From NCBI GenBank assembly GCA_963812085.1, contig CAWETL010000009.1:374592-438591 (forward strand): a stretch of DNA of 64,000 nucleotides. The letters are read 5' to 3'. The DNA is from an uncultured Gemmatimonadales bacterium. Lineage in GTDB: Bacteria > Gemmatimonadota > Gemmatimonadetes > Gemmatimonadales > GWC2-71-9. Positions 9,689-20,770 of this stretch are shown one piece after another. The translations under genes and the position numbers were made by a program. How positions within the stretch are numbered: the first letter of the stretch is position 1; each line of letters begins with the position of its first letter. Below the pieces are notes generated by a model. The model was not told the origin of the DNA. It searched no databases and saw only the letters and a list, made by a program, of their open reading frames with translations.

Positions 9689-9726
9689 GATTGCTTCGGC
9701 CACTGCGTGGCCTCGCAATGACGGAA
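9689..9726. repeat. solo hairpin arm, type A (reverse orientation) of the TTCTGTCATTGCGAGG repeat family
   Basis: The sequence is GATTGCTTCGGCCACTGCGTGGCCTCGCAATGACGGAA. It lies between the convergent stops of the methyltransferase gene and etfA. Confidence 0.8.
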
Positions 9727-9757
9727 ATGGGCGAGCCCCAACCGCGACCGGTCGATC

Positions 9758-10746
9758 CTATTGGCTCGCGCGCGCCTTTCGGACCGCTTCCGTGAGCCGC
9801 GGCACCACCTCGAAGAGATCCCCCACGATGCCGTAGTCGGCCACCTTGAAGATCGGCGCGTCCTTGTCCTTGTTGATCGCCACGATCGTCTTCGAGGTCC
9901 GCATGCCGGCGAGGTGCTGGACCGCCCCGGAAATCCCGACCGCCACGTAGAGCGCAGGGCTCACGATCCGCCCCGTCTGCCCGATCTGCGTCGACGGGTC
10001 GCGCCATCCGTCGTCGGTGACGGCGCGGGTGGCGCCCACCGCGGCGTTGCCGAAGGCGGCCGCAAGGGCCTCCACCAGCGCGAAGTTCGCGGCCTCCCGA
10101 AGCCCGCGGCCTCCGGCCACGACGACCGGCGCATCCGCGAGGTCGAGCTGCGCGTCGCCCTTGGCGCCGATGGCGGTCACGACCACGCGCGCGGCGGCCG
10201 GGTCGAGCGCGGGAGCCGCCTGCTCCACGCGCGGCGTGCGGGGCGCTTCGACCACGGTGACCGCCCCCGGGCGAAGGGTGACGACCGCCGGGGTCCCGGC
10301 GAGCCGCACCGTCGTGATGATCTTCCCGATGTGGGTGGGGTGCTGCCCGACGAGGGCGTCGCCCTCGATTGCGAAGGCGGTCAGGTCGGACGCCATGCTC
10401 ACGTCGAGCGCCGCCGCCACGCGCGGCGCCAGGTCCCGTCCCTCGGCGGAGGCGGTGAAGAACGCCGCCCGGTACCCACCCGCGCGGATCCGTTCCGCGG
10501 CGGTCGCGGCGTAGACCTCGGGGCTGTAGCGCTCGAGCCCCGCGTGCTCCACGACCACGACCACGTCGGCGCCCGCTCGTCCGAGCGCCGCCGCCTTGCC
10601 GCCGATGCCCGGCGCGCCGATCAGGAGCGCGTGGACCTCGCCGCCGCCGGTGGCGTCGGCCGCCTGCCGGGCGGCGCTGACCGCCTCGAAGGCCACCTTC
10701 CGGAGTTCGCCGCCGCGCGATTCCGCGAACGCAAACACGTTTGCCA

Positions 10747-10747
<1 letters not shown>
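9758..10747 (-). CDS. etfA: electron transfer flavoprotein alpha subunit
   Basis: [23 protein letters not shown]... through C-terminal ..[26 protein letters not shown].. matches EtfA. The ATG at 10747 overlaps the etfB stop (ATGA). The upstream part of ORF 9758..13258 is shadow. Confidence 0.9.
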
Positions 10748-11499
<752 letters not shown>

Positions 11500-11508
11500 G
11501 ACGACTCC

Positions 11509-12693
11509 CTAGAACGCCGAGAGGCCGGTGACGGCCTGGCCCAGGATGAGGGTGTGCATGTCGTGCGTGCCCTCGTAGGTGTACACCGACTCCAGGTTGG
11601 CCATGTGCCGCATCGAGTGATACTCGACGAGGATGCCGTTGGCGCCCAGGAGCCGGCGCGCCTCGCGCGCGGCTTCGCACGCCATGTTGATGTTGTTCCG
11701 CTTGGCCAGCGACACCTGGTCCGGCGTCATGGTGCCCTTGTCCTTGAGGCGCCCGAGCTGCAGCGTGAGCAGCTGCGCCTTGGTGATCTCGGTGAGCATC
11801 TCCGCCAGCCGCGACTGCTGGAGCTGGGTCTGGCCGATCGGCTTGCCGAACATGACGCGGTTCTTCGAGTAGCTCAGCGCCTCGTCGAAGCAGGCCATCG
11901 CGGCGCCGATGCCGCCCCAGGCGATCCCGTACCGCGCCTGTGTCAGGCACATCAGGGGGCTCTTGATTCCGCCCGACTTGGGCAGGATGGCGTCCTTCGG
12001 CACCAGGCAGTCCTGCAGAACGATCTCGCTGGTGTCGCTGGCGCGGAGCGAGAGCTTCCCCTTCTGGTCCTTGGCGGTGTAGCCCTTCGTGGTGCTCGGC
12101 ACGATGAAGCCGCGGATCGACCTGGTGTCGTCGATGGCGCCGGTCTTGGCCCAGATGATGGACACGGTGGCCTGCGAGCCGTTGGTGATCCACATCTTGG
12201 CGCCGTTGAGGAGCCAGCCGTCCTTGGTCTCCCGCGCGGTGGTGATCATCCCGCCGGGGTTCGACCCGTAGTCGGGCTCGGTCAGGCCGAAGCAACCGAT
12301 GTCCTTGCCCGAGGCCAGCCGCGGCAGCCAGTACTTCTTCTGTTCCTCGGTGCCGAAGGTGTAGATCGGATACATCACCAGCGCGCCCTGCACCGAGGCG
12401 AACGACCGGATCCCGCTGTCGCCCCGCTCGAGCTCCTGCATGATGAGGCCGTAGGCCACGTTGTTGAGCCCCGCGCAGCCGTATTCCTCGGGCAGGTTGG
12501 CGCCGAGCACGCCCAGCTCGGCCATCCCGGGAATCAACTGCCTGGGGAACTCGCCCTTGATGTAGGCGTCGCCGATGACGGGCATGAGGTGCTCGTCCAC
12601 CCAGGCGCGCACGGTGTCGCGCACCGCCCGCTCCTCCTCGGAGAGCAGCCCGTCCGCGTCGTAGAAATCCACTCCCGCAAATGAGTTCGCCAT
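11509..12693 (-). CDS. gcdH: acyl-CoA dehydrogenase, glutaryl-CoA dehydrogenase-like
   Basis: ..GCFGLTEPDYGSNPGGM..MWITNGS.. and ..YEGTHDMHTLILG.. are patterns I associate with GcdH-type ACADs. It lies 9 nt upstream of etfBA. Confidence 0.8.
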   Translation of the reverse strand: MANSFAGVDFYDADGLLSEEERAVRDTVRAWVDEHLMPVIGDAYIKGEFPRQLIPGMAELGVLGANLPEEYGCAGLNNVAYGLIMQELERGDSGIRSFASVQGALVMYPIYTFGTEEQKKYWLPRLASGKDIGCFGLTEPDYGSNPGGMITTARETKDGWLLNGAKMWITNGSQATVSIIWAKTGAIDDTRSIRGFIVPSTTKGYTAKDQKGKLSLRASDTSEIVLQDCLVPKDAILPKSGGIKSPLMCLTQARYGIAWGGIGAAMACFDEALSYSKNRVMFGKPIGQTQLQQSRLAEMLTEITKAQLLTLQLGRLKDKGTMTPDQVSLAKRNNINMACEAAREARRLLGANGILVEYHSMRHMANLESVYTYEGTHDMHTLILGQAVTGLSAF

Positions 12694-12726
12694 ATCGTGA
12701 AGCCTCGACCGAAAGCCGTTGAAAGG

Positions 12727-13449
12727 TCAGTCTGACGTGCGCCGGGAGCCGGGGTGGCCCAGGTGACGCCGCGCCGTGGGCTCGATGCCCACCTCGCGCG
12801 CCTTCCGGCGGAACTGCGTGCCGTGATCGACCGGCAGGCCCGACTCGGCCTGCCACTGGTGCACCATCTCGTGCAGGACGGTCCGCTCCACTTCCACCCA
12901 CCCGTGCCGCAGGTGCGCCCGGCTCATCGCGATCTCGATCGTCCGCCCGCTCCGGGCGTCGAGGGAGAGCTCGCCGAGCCGGCTCCGCATTCGCCCAGAG
13001 AGCCGGAACCGGATCGCGGGCAGGGTTTCGCCGAAGTGCGTGGCGTTGAGCCGCCCGTGGATCTCCGACAGTCGGGCCAGCAGGGCGTCGTCGCCGGGGC
13101 GGGGCCGCTCGGCGCCCCGCCGGCTCGGCCGCGCCGGGGGCGCGTGTGCCTCGACCGGAAAGGCGAGGAACTCCTGCTCCGCGGCCCGGCGGGTGGCGCG
13201 GCGGGTGCCGGGCCGCACGTACCGGACGATGGCGGCCAGCACCCGGTCCGGCGCCCACGCATACCCGCGATGCAGCCGGAGCACTCCCCGCCCGGTGACG
13301 CTCAGCAGCACCGTGCGGTTGGTGTGCGTCGCGAACCCGCGGAACACCGGCATCCCCAGCGAGTCGAGGCGGCGGCGGAGTTCCGCCTCGGCCGCCTCAG
13401 GCGACGCGGCCGGCCCCCACAACCCCATGACGCACCCCCGTCCGCGCAA
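12727..13449 (-). CDS. SprT-like zinc metalloprotease domain protein
   Basis: HEMVHQW zinc motif preceded by ..RFRLSGRMRSRLGE.. (SprT-like). The start is ambiguous (13449, 13428 or 13353). Confidence 0.55.
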   Translation of the reverse strand: MRGRGCVMGLWGPAASPEAAEAELRRRLDSLGMPVFRGFATHTNRTVLLSVTGRGVLRLHRGYAWAPDRVLAAIVRYVRPGTRRATRRAAEQEFLAFPVEAHAPPARPSRRGAERPRPGDDALLARLSEIHGRLNATHFGETLPAIRFRLSGRMRSRLGELSLDARSGRTIEIAMSRAHLRHGWVEVERTVLHEMVHQWQAESGLPVDHGTQFRRKAREVGIEPTARRHLGHPGSRRTSD

Positions 13450-14257
13450 AGGCGTATGTGTCGGCCTGGCGAAACTCGCCGGCGCCCCGGTCCCAGCGCC
13501 AATGCGCCACGTGCACCGCGTCCTGGTCGATCCGCACCACGTTGAACACCGACGGCCGCTTGCCCCGGCTCCGGTCGGTCAGCGTACCCGCCGTGCTGAC
13601 GACGGTTCCGCTCGCGAGCTGGCCCGCGCCTTCCTGGTGGTCATGCCCACAGAGCACCGCGTCGGCGCCGGTGGCGCCGAGGCGCCGCTCGGCGCTCTGC
13701 CAGTGCGCCAGGCCCATCCGCTGGGAGATGTCTCCCCGGAGCACATTGTGATGCAGCACCGCCACCTTGGCGGTGCCGGCGGGCTCCGCCGCGAAGAGCC
13801 GCGCCAGGCGGTCGGTCTCCGAGGCGGGGAGATGCCCCTTCACCGTCAGGTCGCGCTGGTTCCAGGTGAGCGAGCCCGCGGCCAGCCCGTGCGCCGAGAG
13901 CGCGCCGGCCACGACGACGCCCGGCAACCGCAGCACCGGGGTGAGCTCCTCGCCGAAATACGTCCGGTACTTCGCGTAGAGCCGCCGGCGGCCGAGGAGG
14001 CCGAAGGGACTCCGCCACCACAACACGTCGTGATTGCCGGGTACCAGCAGGGTCGGCGCCGTCTCCTGCATCCGTTCCAGGAACGCGAGGCCGCGCTGGA
14101 ACTCGCCGTGCCGGCCGCGCTGGCTGATGTCACCGGAGACCACCACGGCGTCCGGCCGGAGCGACGGCACCAGCCGCTCGACCGCGCGGATCTGCGCCAG
14201 GTCCACCGGCCTGCCGAAGTGGAGGTCGGAGAGGTGGATCAGCGTGCACTCGCTCAC
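13397..14257 (-). CDS. calcineurin-like metallophosphoesterase
   Basis: Motifs LIHLSDLHFG, SGDISQRG, VPGNHD and GHDH. Confidence 0.75.
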   Translation of the reverse strand: MSECTLIHLSDLHFGRPVDLAQIRAVERLVPSLRPDAVVVSGDISQRGRHGEFQRGLAFLERMQETAPTLLVPGNHDVLWWRSPFGLLGRRRLYAKYRTYFGEELTPVLRLPGVVVAGALSAHGLAAGSLTWNQRDLTVKGHLPASETDRLARLFAAEPAGTAKVAVLHHNVLRGDISQRMGLAHWQSAERRLGATGADAVLCGHDHQEGAGQLASGTVVSTAGTLTDRSRGKRPSVFNVVRIDQDAVHVAHWRWDRGAGEFRQADTYAFARTGVRHGVVGAGRVA

Positions 14258-15606
14258 CAGGTGACCCGCACGCGATAGGTCAGCGTGGTCTCGCCCTTGG
14301 CAGGAACCGTCAGCCGGAACCGGACCCGCGTGCTCGACACCCGGTCGGCCGTGACGGAGCTCTGGACGACCGACCAGTCGCCGCCCCGCTCCTCGAGCAC
14401 GTCCACGACGGCGGCGGAGTCGGTCGCGTTCGCCACGGTCACGCTGTAGTCCGCGGTGGCGGTGTACCGGCCGTTCTTGTCCCGCACGCTGCTGTAGGTG
14501 GTCTGCGTGCGCCTGGCCGTCAGGTCGAAGGCGGTGCCGGCGCCGAGCTCGAGCGGCTGTCCGGCCGCGGTGTGGCCGATGGCGGACTCGCCGATGAGCT
14601 GCAGCCGGCCCGCGGCGTCCGCCTGGTAGATCCGTGCCGCGCCGCCCGGCACCGGCGTGTCGCCGAACGGCGTCTTGAGCGCGCGCGTCACCACGTAGGT
14701 GACCGACACCGGCACGTCCTGCGCGTCACCGTACTGCTGGAGGCCGCCCCAGTAGGGAAGGCCGGACTGGACCACGAGCCGCTTGGCCACCGGCGCCGTC
14801 GTCGGCTCGAAGAGCGCCACGATGGAAGTCTGTCCCGGCCGGAGCGTGACCCTGCCCGGCACGGTGTACAGGTGAGCCTCGCCGATGCGCTGCTCCTCGG
14901 CGGGCGCGCCTTCAAACGCCACGGCCGCCATGGCCGGGCCCCGAGCCGCCTTCATCCGGTCGGTCGGCGCCGAGCCGACGTTTCCCGCGAGCAGCTGGAG
15001 TTCGGCGTCCGCCACGCTCAGCGTGCCCGACTGTACCACCGCCTCGCCGGTGACCCGCGCCTCCTTGCCGCCGAGCACGACCTGGTAGCTCGCGTTCCAG
15101 TCGGCGCCGGTGGTGAAATAGCCGAGACCGAGGGTCGGCAGCGACTGGGCGCTCTTGAGTGAGAGCCGCACCGTCGGGTCCACGATCACCAGGTCGGCCG
15201 GGAAGCGCGGCGTGCCCGGGGCCAGGAAGCCGACCGTCCCGTCGGCGTAGCGGTAGCGCTCCGGGTCCACCGCGAGCAGGGTGGCGCGCACCGTGTCGGT
15301 CGGCGTCCGCACGAACGTGAGCTCCCGGCCGACCGCGCGGCGGAGCGTGCTCTGCTGGTCGACCCCGCCGTCGTAGGTGGCGGCCATGATGCTCACCGCC
15401 GGGTCGAGCGGGAAGAGCGAGGCGGGATCGAGGGCGCCGAGGCTCACTCGCTGGTCCGAGGCGCCCTTGGGGACCGCCACCGGCAGGGTACGGCGCACGA
15501 GGACGCGGCCGTCGTTGTAGATCGTCAGCCCGGTCTGGGCGCTTACGGGACCAGCGGCCGACAGCAGCAGGGCCGCCACGCTCAGGGCACGAAGAGGGGA
15601 GTTCAT
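14254..15606 (-). CDS. secreted protein, possibly DUF4139/MuiA-like
   Basis: ATG 15606 gives the signal peptide MNSPLRALSVAALLLSAAGPVSAQ. The LTIYNDGRVLVRR.. start resembles the DUF4140/4139 family, but that recollection is weak. The upstream 71 codons of the ORF-track call are Arg-rich shadow. Confidence 0.45.
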   Translation of the reverse strand: MNSPLRALSVAALLLSAAGPVSAQTGLTIYNDGRVLVRRTLPVAVPKGASDQRVSLGALDPASLFPLDPAVSIMAATYDGGVDQQSTLRRAVGRELTFVRTPTDTVRATLLAVDPERYRYADGTVGFLAPGTPRFPADLVIVDPTVRLSLKSAQSLPTLGLGYFTTGADWNASYQVVLGGKEARVTGEAVVQSGTLSVADAELQLLAGNVGSAPTDRMKAARGPAMAAVAFEGAPAEEQRIGEAHLYTVPGRVTLRPGQTSIVALFEPTTAPVAKRLVVQSGLPYWGGLQQYGDAQDVPVSVTYVVTRALKTPFGDTPVPGGAARIYQADAAGRLQLIGESAIGHTAAGQPLELGAGTAFDLTARRTQTTYSSVRDKNGRYTATADYSVTVANATDSAAVVDVLEERGGDWSVVQSSVTADRVSSTRVRFRLTVPAKGETTLTYRVRVTW

Positions 15607-15899
15607 CGGGGCAGGTACTCCATGGCGATGCGGCTCACGATTCGCCGCGTCAGGACGTAAGTGACCAGGACGCCGATGGCGCCGTAGATGCGCCCGAGCC
15701 CGGCCTCGGCCGGCACCGCGAGCCACACGTAGGCGGCCATGAGGACCGTCGCGCCGAGCGCGACCTTGCCGGCGAGCCGGCCGGCGCGCGCCTCGCGCCG
15801 GGCGTGGCATTCGGGGCAATCGGTGCCCCAGCGGAGGCCAAACACCCGCTTGCCGCAGGTGAGGCAGGGAACGTCAGGCGATCCGCCGGACAACTGCAT
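15603..15899 (-). CDS. small membrane protein with N-terminal zinc-ribbon-like CxxC...CxxC
   Basis: The N-terminal Cys pairs are CLTC(16 aa)CPEC, followed by two hydrophobic helices. It overlaps the icd 3' end by 26 nt and the downstream gene by 4 nt. No family recognised. Confidence 0.3.
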   Translation of the reverse strand: MQLSGGSPDVPCLTCGKRVFGLRWGTDCPECHARREARAGRLAGKVALGATVLMAAYVWLAVPAEAGLGRIYGAIGVLVTYVLTRRIVSRIAMEYLPR

Positions 15900-16890
15900 C
15901 GCCGAACTCCGTGGTCGTGGCGCGTCCGCCGAGGTCGCGGGTGCGCACCTTGTCCTGCTCGATGACGCCCGCCACGGCGGCGCGGACGTGGTTGCCGGCC
16001 TCGGTCTCGCCGAGGTGGTCGAGCATCATCGCCCCGGCCAGGATGAGCGCGGCGGGATTGGCGATCCCCTTCCCCGCGATGTCGGGCGCGCTGCCGTGCA
16101 CCGCCTCGAAGATCGCGGCCTGCTTCCCGATGTTGCCCCCCGGCGCCAGGCCGAGGCCGCCGATGAGCCCGGAGGCGAGGTCGCTCAGGATGTCGCCGAA
16201 CATGTTGGTGGTCACCATCACGTCGAACTGTTCCGGACGGATGACCATCTGCATCGCCGTGTTGTCGATGATCAGGTCGTTGGACTCGACGCGGCCCGCG
16301 TACTCCTGGGCCACCGCCCGCCCGACCTCGAGGAAGAGGCCGCTGACCATCTTCAGGATGTTGGCCTTGTGGATGATCGTGACCTTGGTCCGGCCGTTCC
16401 GCACCGCGTACTCGAAGGCGTACCGGATGATGCGCTCGCACCCGAACCGGGTCACGATCGCCATCGACTCCGCCACCGCCCGCGGGTCGTCGCCCACGCG
16501 GACGAAGTGCTCCACGCCGACGTAGAGGCCTTCCACGTTCTCCCGCACCAGCACGATGTCCACGTTCGGGAAGCGCCCGACCCCCTCGACGGAGCGGGTC
16601 GGGCGCACGTTCGCGAAGAGCTCGAACTCCTTGCGCAGCGCCACGTTCACGGAGCGGTAGCCGGTGCCGACCGGCGTGGTGAGCGGACCCTTGAGCCCGA
16701 GCCGCGTCCGGCGGATGCTTTCGACCGTGGCGTCGGGCAGCGGATCGCCGTGCCGGTCCACTGCCGCCATCCCCGCCAGCTGCTCGTCCCAGTCGAACCG
16801 GAGGCCGGTCGCTTCCAGCACCTTCCTGGTGACCGCCGTGATCTCCGGGCCGATGCCGTCGCCCGGAATGAGGGTGACCGGGTGACTCAC
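15874..16890 (-). CDS. icd: isocitrate/isopropylmalate dehydrogenase family, probably NAD-dependent isocitrate dehydrogenase
   Basis: LIPGDGIGPE, ..SVNVALRKEFELFANVRP.. and ..NMFGDILSDL..GGLGLAPG.. are motifs of beta-decarboxylating dehydrogenases. The short (338 aa) form suggests the NAD-IDH/HICDH type. Confidence 0.8.
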   Translation of the reverse strand: MSHPVTLIPGDGIGPEITAVTRKVLEATGLRFDWDEQLAGMAAVDRHGDPLPDATVESIRRTRLGLKGPLTTPVGTGYRSVNVALRKEFELFANVRPTRSVEGVGRFPNVDIVLVRENVEGLYVGVEHFVRVGDDPRAVAESMAIVTRFGCERIIRYAFEYAVRNGRTKVTIIHKANILKMVSGLFLEVGRAVAQEYAGRVESNDLIIDNTAMQMVIRPEQFDVMVTTNMFGDILSDLASGLIGGLGLAPGGNIGKQAAIFEAVHGSAPDIAGKGIANPAALILAGAMMLDHLGETEAGNHVRAAVAGVIEQDKVRTRDLGGRATTTEFGDAVVRRIA

Positions 16891-17576
16891 TGGTCGACCG
16901 AGAGGACGGGAAGGAGGATGGTCATCGCGGAGTCGAGCGCCGCGGCGGGGGTCGCGCCGGGCGCGATGATGTAGCTGCGGAAGATGACGTCACCGAGGCG
17001 AGTATCCACGCCGACCAGGTTCAGCGCTGCCACGACCGCGCCAGTGCTGTCGTGGCGGAAGGAGACGGCCGCGGGCACCAGCATGAAGCGCCCGCCGGCG
17101 ATCGCCATGAGCGTGCGCATGTTGGAGATGAGCGGGTCGGGGACCTTCTTGAGTTCCGGGCTCCGGAGCGCCGACTGACCCATGTAGTCCGGATCGGCCG
17201 CGATGCCAGGCGCCTGCCTGGCCATGCTCCGGAGCTGCGCGGGCAGCTTCCAGTTCACTTCCGGGGCCCGCATCATCAGCGCGTCGCCGACCAGCGAATC
17301 CACCCAGCGCGTGGCAACCGTGCGGTCGGTGAAGGGCGGCTTGCCCACCAGCGAGTCCCGCGCGACCACCAGCGTGGCGGGCAGCACGCCCACGACCTGG
17401 CCGGCGATGCCTTGCGTGTTGAGCGCGATCGGCGGCGGAGTCTTGGGCTTGACGAGCGGTTTCGGCGCCGGCATCGAGGACTGGGCCTGGGCCGGAGTGG
17501 CCCCGGGGCCTCCCCAGGCAGCGGCGGCAATGACCGCCAGGGCCGTGAGGACGAAGCGTCGGAGGCAACGATTCAC
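16887..17576 (-). CDS. hypothetical periplasmic protein
   Basis: Signal peptide MNRCLRRFVLTALAVIAAAAWGGPGATPAQAQ and a Pro/Lys linker. No family recognised. 4-nt overlap with the icd start. Confidence 0.45.
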   Translation of the reverse strand: MNRCLRRFVLTALAVIAAAAWGGPGATPAQAQSSMPAPKPLVKPKTPPPIALNTQGIAGQVVGVLPATLVVARDSLVGKPPFTDRTVATRWVDSLVGDALMMRAPEVNWKLPAQLRSMARQAPGIAADPDYMGQSALRSPELKKVPDPLISNMRTLMAIAGGRFMLVPAAVSFRHDSTGAVVAALNLVGVDTRLGDVIFRSYIIAPGATPAAALDSAMTILLPVLSVDQ

Positions 17577-17736
17577 GAAGGACTCCCGGTTCGGTCCGGC
17601 GCCGCCTGGGTCCCACGGCGCCGGTCGCAGGTAAGTCGCGAGTGGATAACGTGATACCGCCCTCCGGCCGAGCGGGCCTGGAGGGGCAGGAACTGGGGAA
17701 AGCTAATGGGTCGGGGGGGATGGGGGCGAGGGCGGG

Positions 17737-18603
17737 CTATTCCAGCGAAAGGCCCCCGTCCACGGCCAAAACCTGGCCAGTCACGTGGCGCGCTTCGTCG
17801 GAGCAGAGGAAGGTGATGACCCGGGCCACGTCGGCCGGCTCGGCCACCCGGCCGAGCACCGAGTGCTTCTTGGCCCGCTCGATCACGTCGTCCGGCAGCA
17901 TTCCCATCCGCTCGGTGCGGATGAACCCGGGGGCGACGGCGTTGACGTTGACGTTCGATGGTCCGAGCTCGACCGCCGCGGCGCGCGTGAGCCCGATGAC
18001 ACCCGCCTTGCTCGCCGCGTAGTTGGCGACGCCGAACCCCGGGCGGTCGGCCTGGTGCGCGCTGACGTTCACGATCTTGCCGTACTGCTGCGCGCGGAAG
18101 ACGGGCGATACCGCCCGGATGCACTGAAAGGTGCCGGTGATGTTCGTCTCGAGCACGTCTTTCCAGGCCCGGTCGGGCATCCGCCAGAGCGCCCCGTCGA
18201 TGGCGATACCGGCGTTGTTGACCAGGATGTGCAGGCCGCCCAGTTCCGCCTTGGCCGCGGCCATGAACTGGTCCACCGCCCGCGCGTCCCGCACGTCGCA
18301 CTTGGCCGCGAACACCTCGACGCCCATCGCGCGGAGCGCCGTTTCGGTGAGCAGGGCCTGCTCGGTGACGTCCCGGCCGGGGAGGTCCACGAAGCAGAAC
18401 GCCACGTGGCACCCCACCCGCCCGAACTCCAGCGCGATGGCCCGCCCGAGCCCGGTCGCCCCGCCGGTCACCACCGCGACGCGGCCCTTGAACCCCGTCT
18501 CCGCCGTCACCGGCTGCGGCTGCTCCAGCACGGCGCCCCCGCTTCGGCGCGGACGCGCGGCTTCCCACGGGGTGCCTTTGTACTCGGGCGTCGGGTTCGG
18601 CAT
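17737..18603 (-). CDS. SDR family oxidoreductase (FabG-like)
   Basis: Motifs VTGGATGLG, NNAG and YAASKAG (YxxxK). I chose ATG 18603 (MPNPTPEYK..); the upstream 84 codons are shadow. Confidence 0.8.
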   Translation of the reverse strand: MPNPTPEYKGTPWEAARPRRSGGAVLEQPQPVTAETGFKGRVAVVTGGATGLGRAIALEFGRVGCHVAFCFVDLPGRDVTEQALLTETALRAMGVEVFAAKCDVRDARAVDQFMAAAKAELGGLHILVNNAGIAIDGALWRMPDRAWKDVLETNITGTFQCIRAVSPVFRAQQYGKIVNVSAHQADRPGFGVANYAASKAGVIGLTRAAAVELGPSNVNVNAVAPGFIRTERMGMLPDDVIERAKKHSVLGRVAEPADVARVITFLCSDEARHVTGQVLAVDGGLSLE

Positions 18604-18736
18604 AGGGGGACGAAGGTACGGCGCGGAAGTGGGGAGGGCAAGAAGGCGGGGCCACAGCGGCGGGGAAGCGGGGATGCGGGGAAGCAGGACGGAGCATCCG
18701 CTTCCGGCCGTCTCGAATCGCACGCATCTTACGACC

Positions 18737-20770
18737 ATGCAGACACTGCTCTGGATCCTGATCTCCCTGGTCGGCGCGGCGGCGTGGGGCGTGCTCGCGC
18801 TGCACCGCGGGGAGACCATCAACGCCGCCTGGCTGGTTCTCGCCGCCGTCGGCACCTACCTCGTGGCCTACCGGTTCTACGCCCGGTTCCTCGCCACCCG
18901 CGTCCTCGCGCTCGACCCACGGCGAGCCACCCCCGCTGAACGGCTGGGCAACGGCCGCGATTTCGTCCCCACCACGCGCGGGGTGCTCTTCGGCCATCAC
19001 TTCGCGGCGATCGCCGGGGCCGGCCCCCTCGTGGGCCCCGTGCTGGCCGCACAGTTCGGCTACCTCCCCGGGCTCCTCTGGATCGTCTTCGGCGTGGTGC
19101 TTGGCGGCGCGGTGCAGGACTTCGTCATCCTCAGCGCCTCGATGCGCCGGGACGGCAAGTCGCTCGGCCAGATGGCCAAGGAGGAGATCGGCCCGACCAC
19201 CGGCCTCGCGGCGATGATCGCGATCCTGGCGATCATGGTGATCCTCCTCGCGGTGCTGGCGCTCGTGGTGGTCAACGCCCTGCGCGACAGCCCGTGGGGA
19301 ATGTTCACGATCGCGTGCACCATCCCGATCGCGCTCCTCATGGGATTCTGGATGAAGGTGTGGCGGCCGGGGCGCACCCTCGAGGCCACCGCCGCCGGCA
19401 TCGTGCTGCTGCTCCTGGCGCTGGTGGCCGGGCGATACGTGGCCGAGAGCCCCGTGCTCGCCCCGCTGTTCACGGCGGAGGGCAGCACCATTGCCTGGCT
19501 CATCATCGGGTACGGCTTCGTGGCCAGCGTCCTCCCCGTCTGGATGCTGCTCTGTCCGCGGGACTACCTCTCCACCTTCATGAAGGTCGGCACCATCCTG
19601 CTGCTGGCCGTGGGCATCCTCGTGGTGCTGCCCCCGCTCAAGCTGCCTGCGCTCACCCGCTTCATCGACGGCACCGGCCCGGTGTTCGCGGGGAAGCTCT
19701 TCCCATTCGTGTTCATCACCATCGCCTGCGGCGCCATCAGCGGCTTCCACGCGATGGTCGCCAGCGGCACGACCCCCAAGATGCTCCGCCGCGAGAACGA
19801 CGCCCTCCTGATCGGCTACGGCGGCATGCTGACCGAGTCGTTCGTCGCGGTGATGGCGCTCTGCGCCGCCGCGGTGCTCGACCCCGGCGTCTATTTCGCG
19901 ATCAACGCGCCCCTCGGCGCGCTCGGCGGCTCGCTCGACGCCGCCGCGGAGACGATCCGGACGTGGGGATTCGCCGTCACGCCGGCGCAGATGCAGGCGC
20001 TCGCCGCCTCCGTCGGAGAATCCACGCTGCTGGCGCGCACCGGCGGGGCGCCCTCGCTGGCCGTCGGGATGGCGCAGATCTTTTCCGGCGCCTTCGGGGC
20101 GCACCTCACCGCGCTCTGGTACCACTTCGCCATCATGTTCGAGGCGCTCTTCATCCTGACCACGGTGGACACCGGCACCCGCGTGGGGCGCTTCATGTTC
20201 CAGGAGCTCGCCGGCCACGTCTGGACGCCGCTGGGGCGGACCTCCTGGTACCCGAGCACCGTCTTCGCCTCCGCGGCGGTGGTGGCCGGCTGGGGATGGT
20301 TCCTGCTGCAGGGCGTGCAGGACCCCCTCGGCGGCATCAACACGCTCTGGCCGCTCTTCGGCATCAGCAACCAGCTCCTGGCCGCCGTGGCGCTCGCGGT
20401 CGGCACCACGGTGCTGATCCGCTCCGGCAAGGCGCGCTACGCCTGGGTCACCCTCCTGCCCATGGCGTGGCTCCTCGTGGTCACCCTCACCGCGGGATGG
20501 CAGAAACTCTTCTCGGCCGACCCGCGGCTCGGCTTCCTGGCGCACGCGGCCGCCACCGCCGCGCAGGTGGCCGCGGGCACCCTCGACCCCGCGCGCGGTG
20601 CGCGCCTGGTCATGAACGACCGGATCGACGCGGTCGTGGCCGCGGTGTTCATGGCGGTGGTGGTCCTGGTGGTGATATCGTCGATGCGGGTCTGGCTGGG
20701 GGTGCTGCGGGGCCGCATCCCGGTGCGATCGAAGGAGACGCCTTTCGTGGAGACGACCTATGCGGTCTGA
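18737..20770 (+). CDS. cstA: carbon starvation protein A (peptide/pyruvate transporter family)
   Basis: From ATG 18737: MQTLLWILISL...FGHHFAAIAGAGPLVGPVLAAQFGYLPG.. is a CstA signature. The protein has many TM segments and is followed by ybdD. Confidence 0.9.
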   Translation: MQTLLWILISLVGAAAWGVLALHRGETINAAWLVLAAVGTYLVAYRFYARFLATRVLALDPRRATPAERLGNGRDFVPTTRGVLFGHHFAAIAGAGPLVGPVLAAQFGYLPGLLWIVFGVVLGGAVQDFVILSASMRRDGKSLGQMAKEEIGPTTGLAAMIAILAIMVILLAVLALVVVNALRDSPWGMFTIACTIPIALLMGFWMKVWRPGRTLEATAAGIVLLLLALVAGRYVAESPVLAPLFTAEGSTIAWLIIGYGFVASVLPVWMLLCPRDYLSTFMKVGTILLLAVGILVVLPPLKLPALTRFIDGTGPVFAGKLFPFVFITIACGAISGFHAMVASGTTPKMLRRENDALLIGYGGMLTESFVAVMALCAAAVLDPGVYFAINAPLGALGGSLDAAAETIRTWGFAVTPAQMQALAASVGESTLLARTGGAPSLAVGMAQIFSGAFGAHLTALWYHFAIMFEALFILTTVDTGTRVGRFMFQELAGHVWTPLGRTSWYPSTVFASAAVVAGWGWFLLQGVQDPLGGINTLWPLFGISNQLLAAVALAVGTTVLIRSGKARYAWVTLLPMAWLLVVTLTAGWQKLFSADPRLGFLAHAAATAAQVAAGTLDPARGARLVMNDRIDAVVAAVFMAVVVLVVISSMRVWLGVLRGRIPVRSKETPFVETTYAV

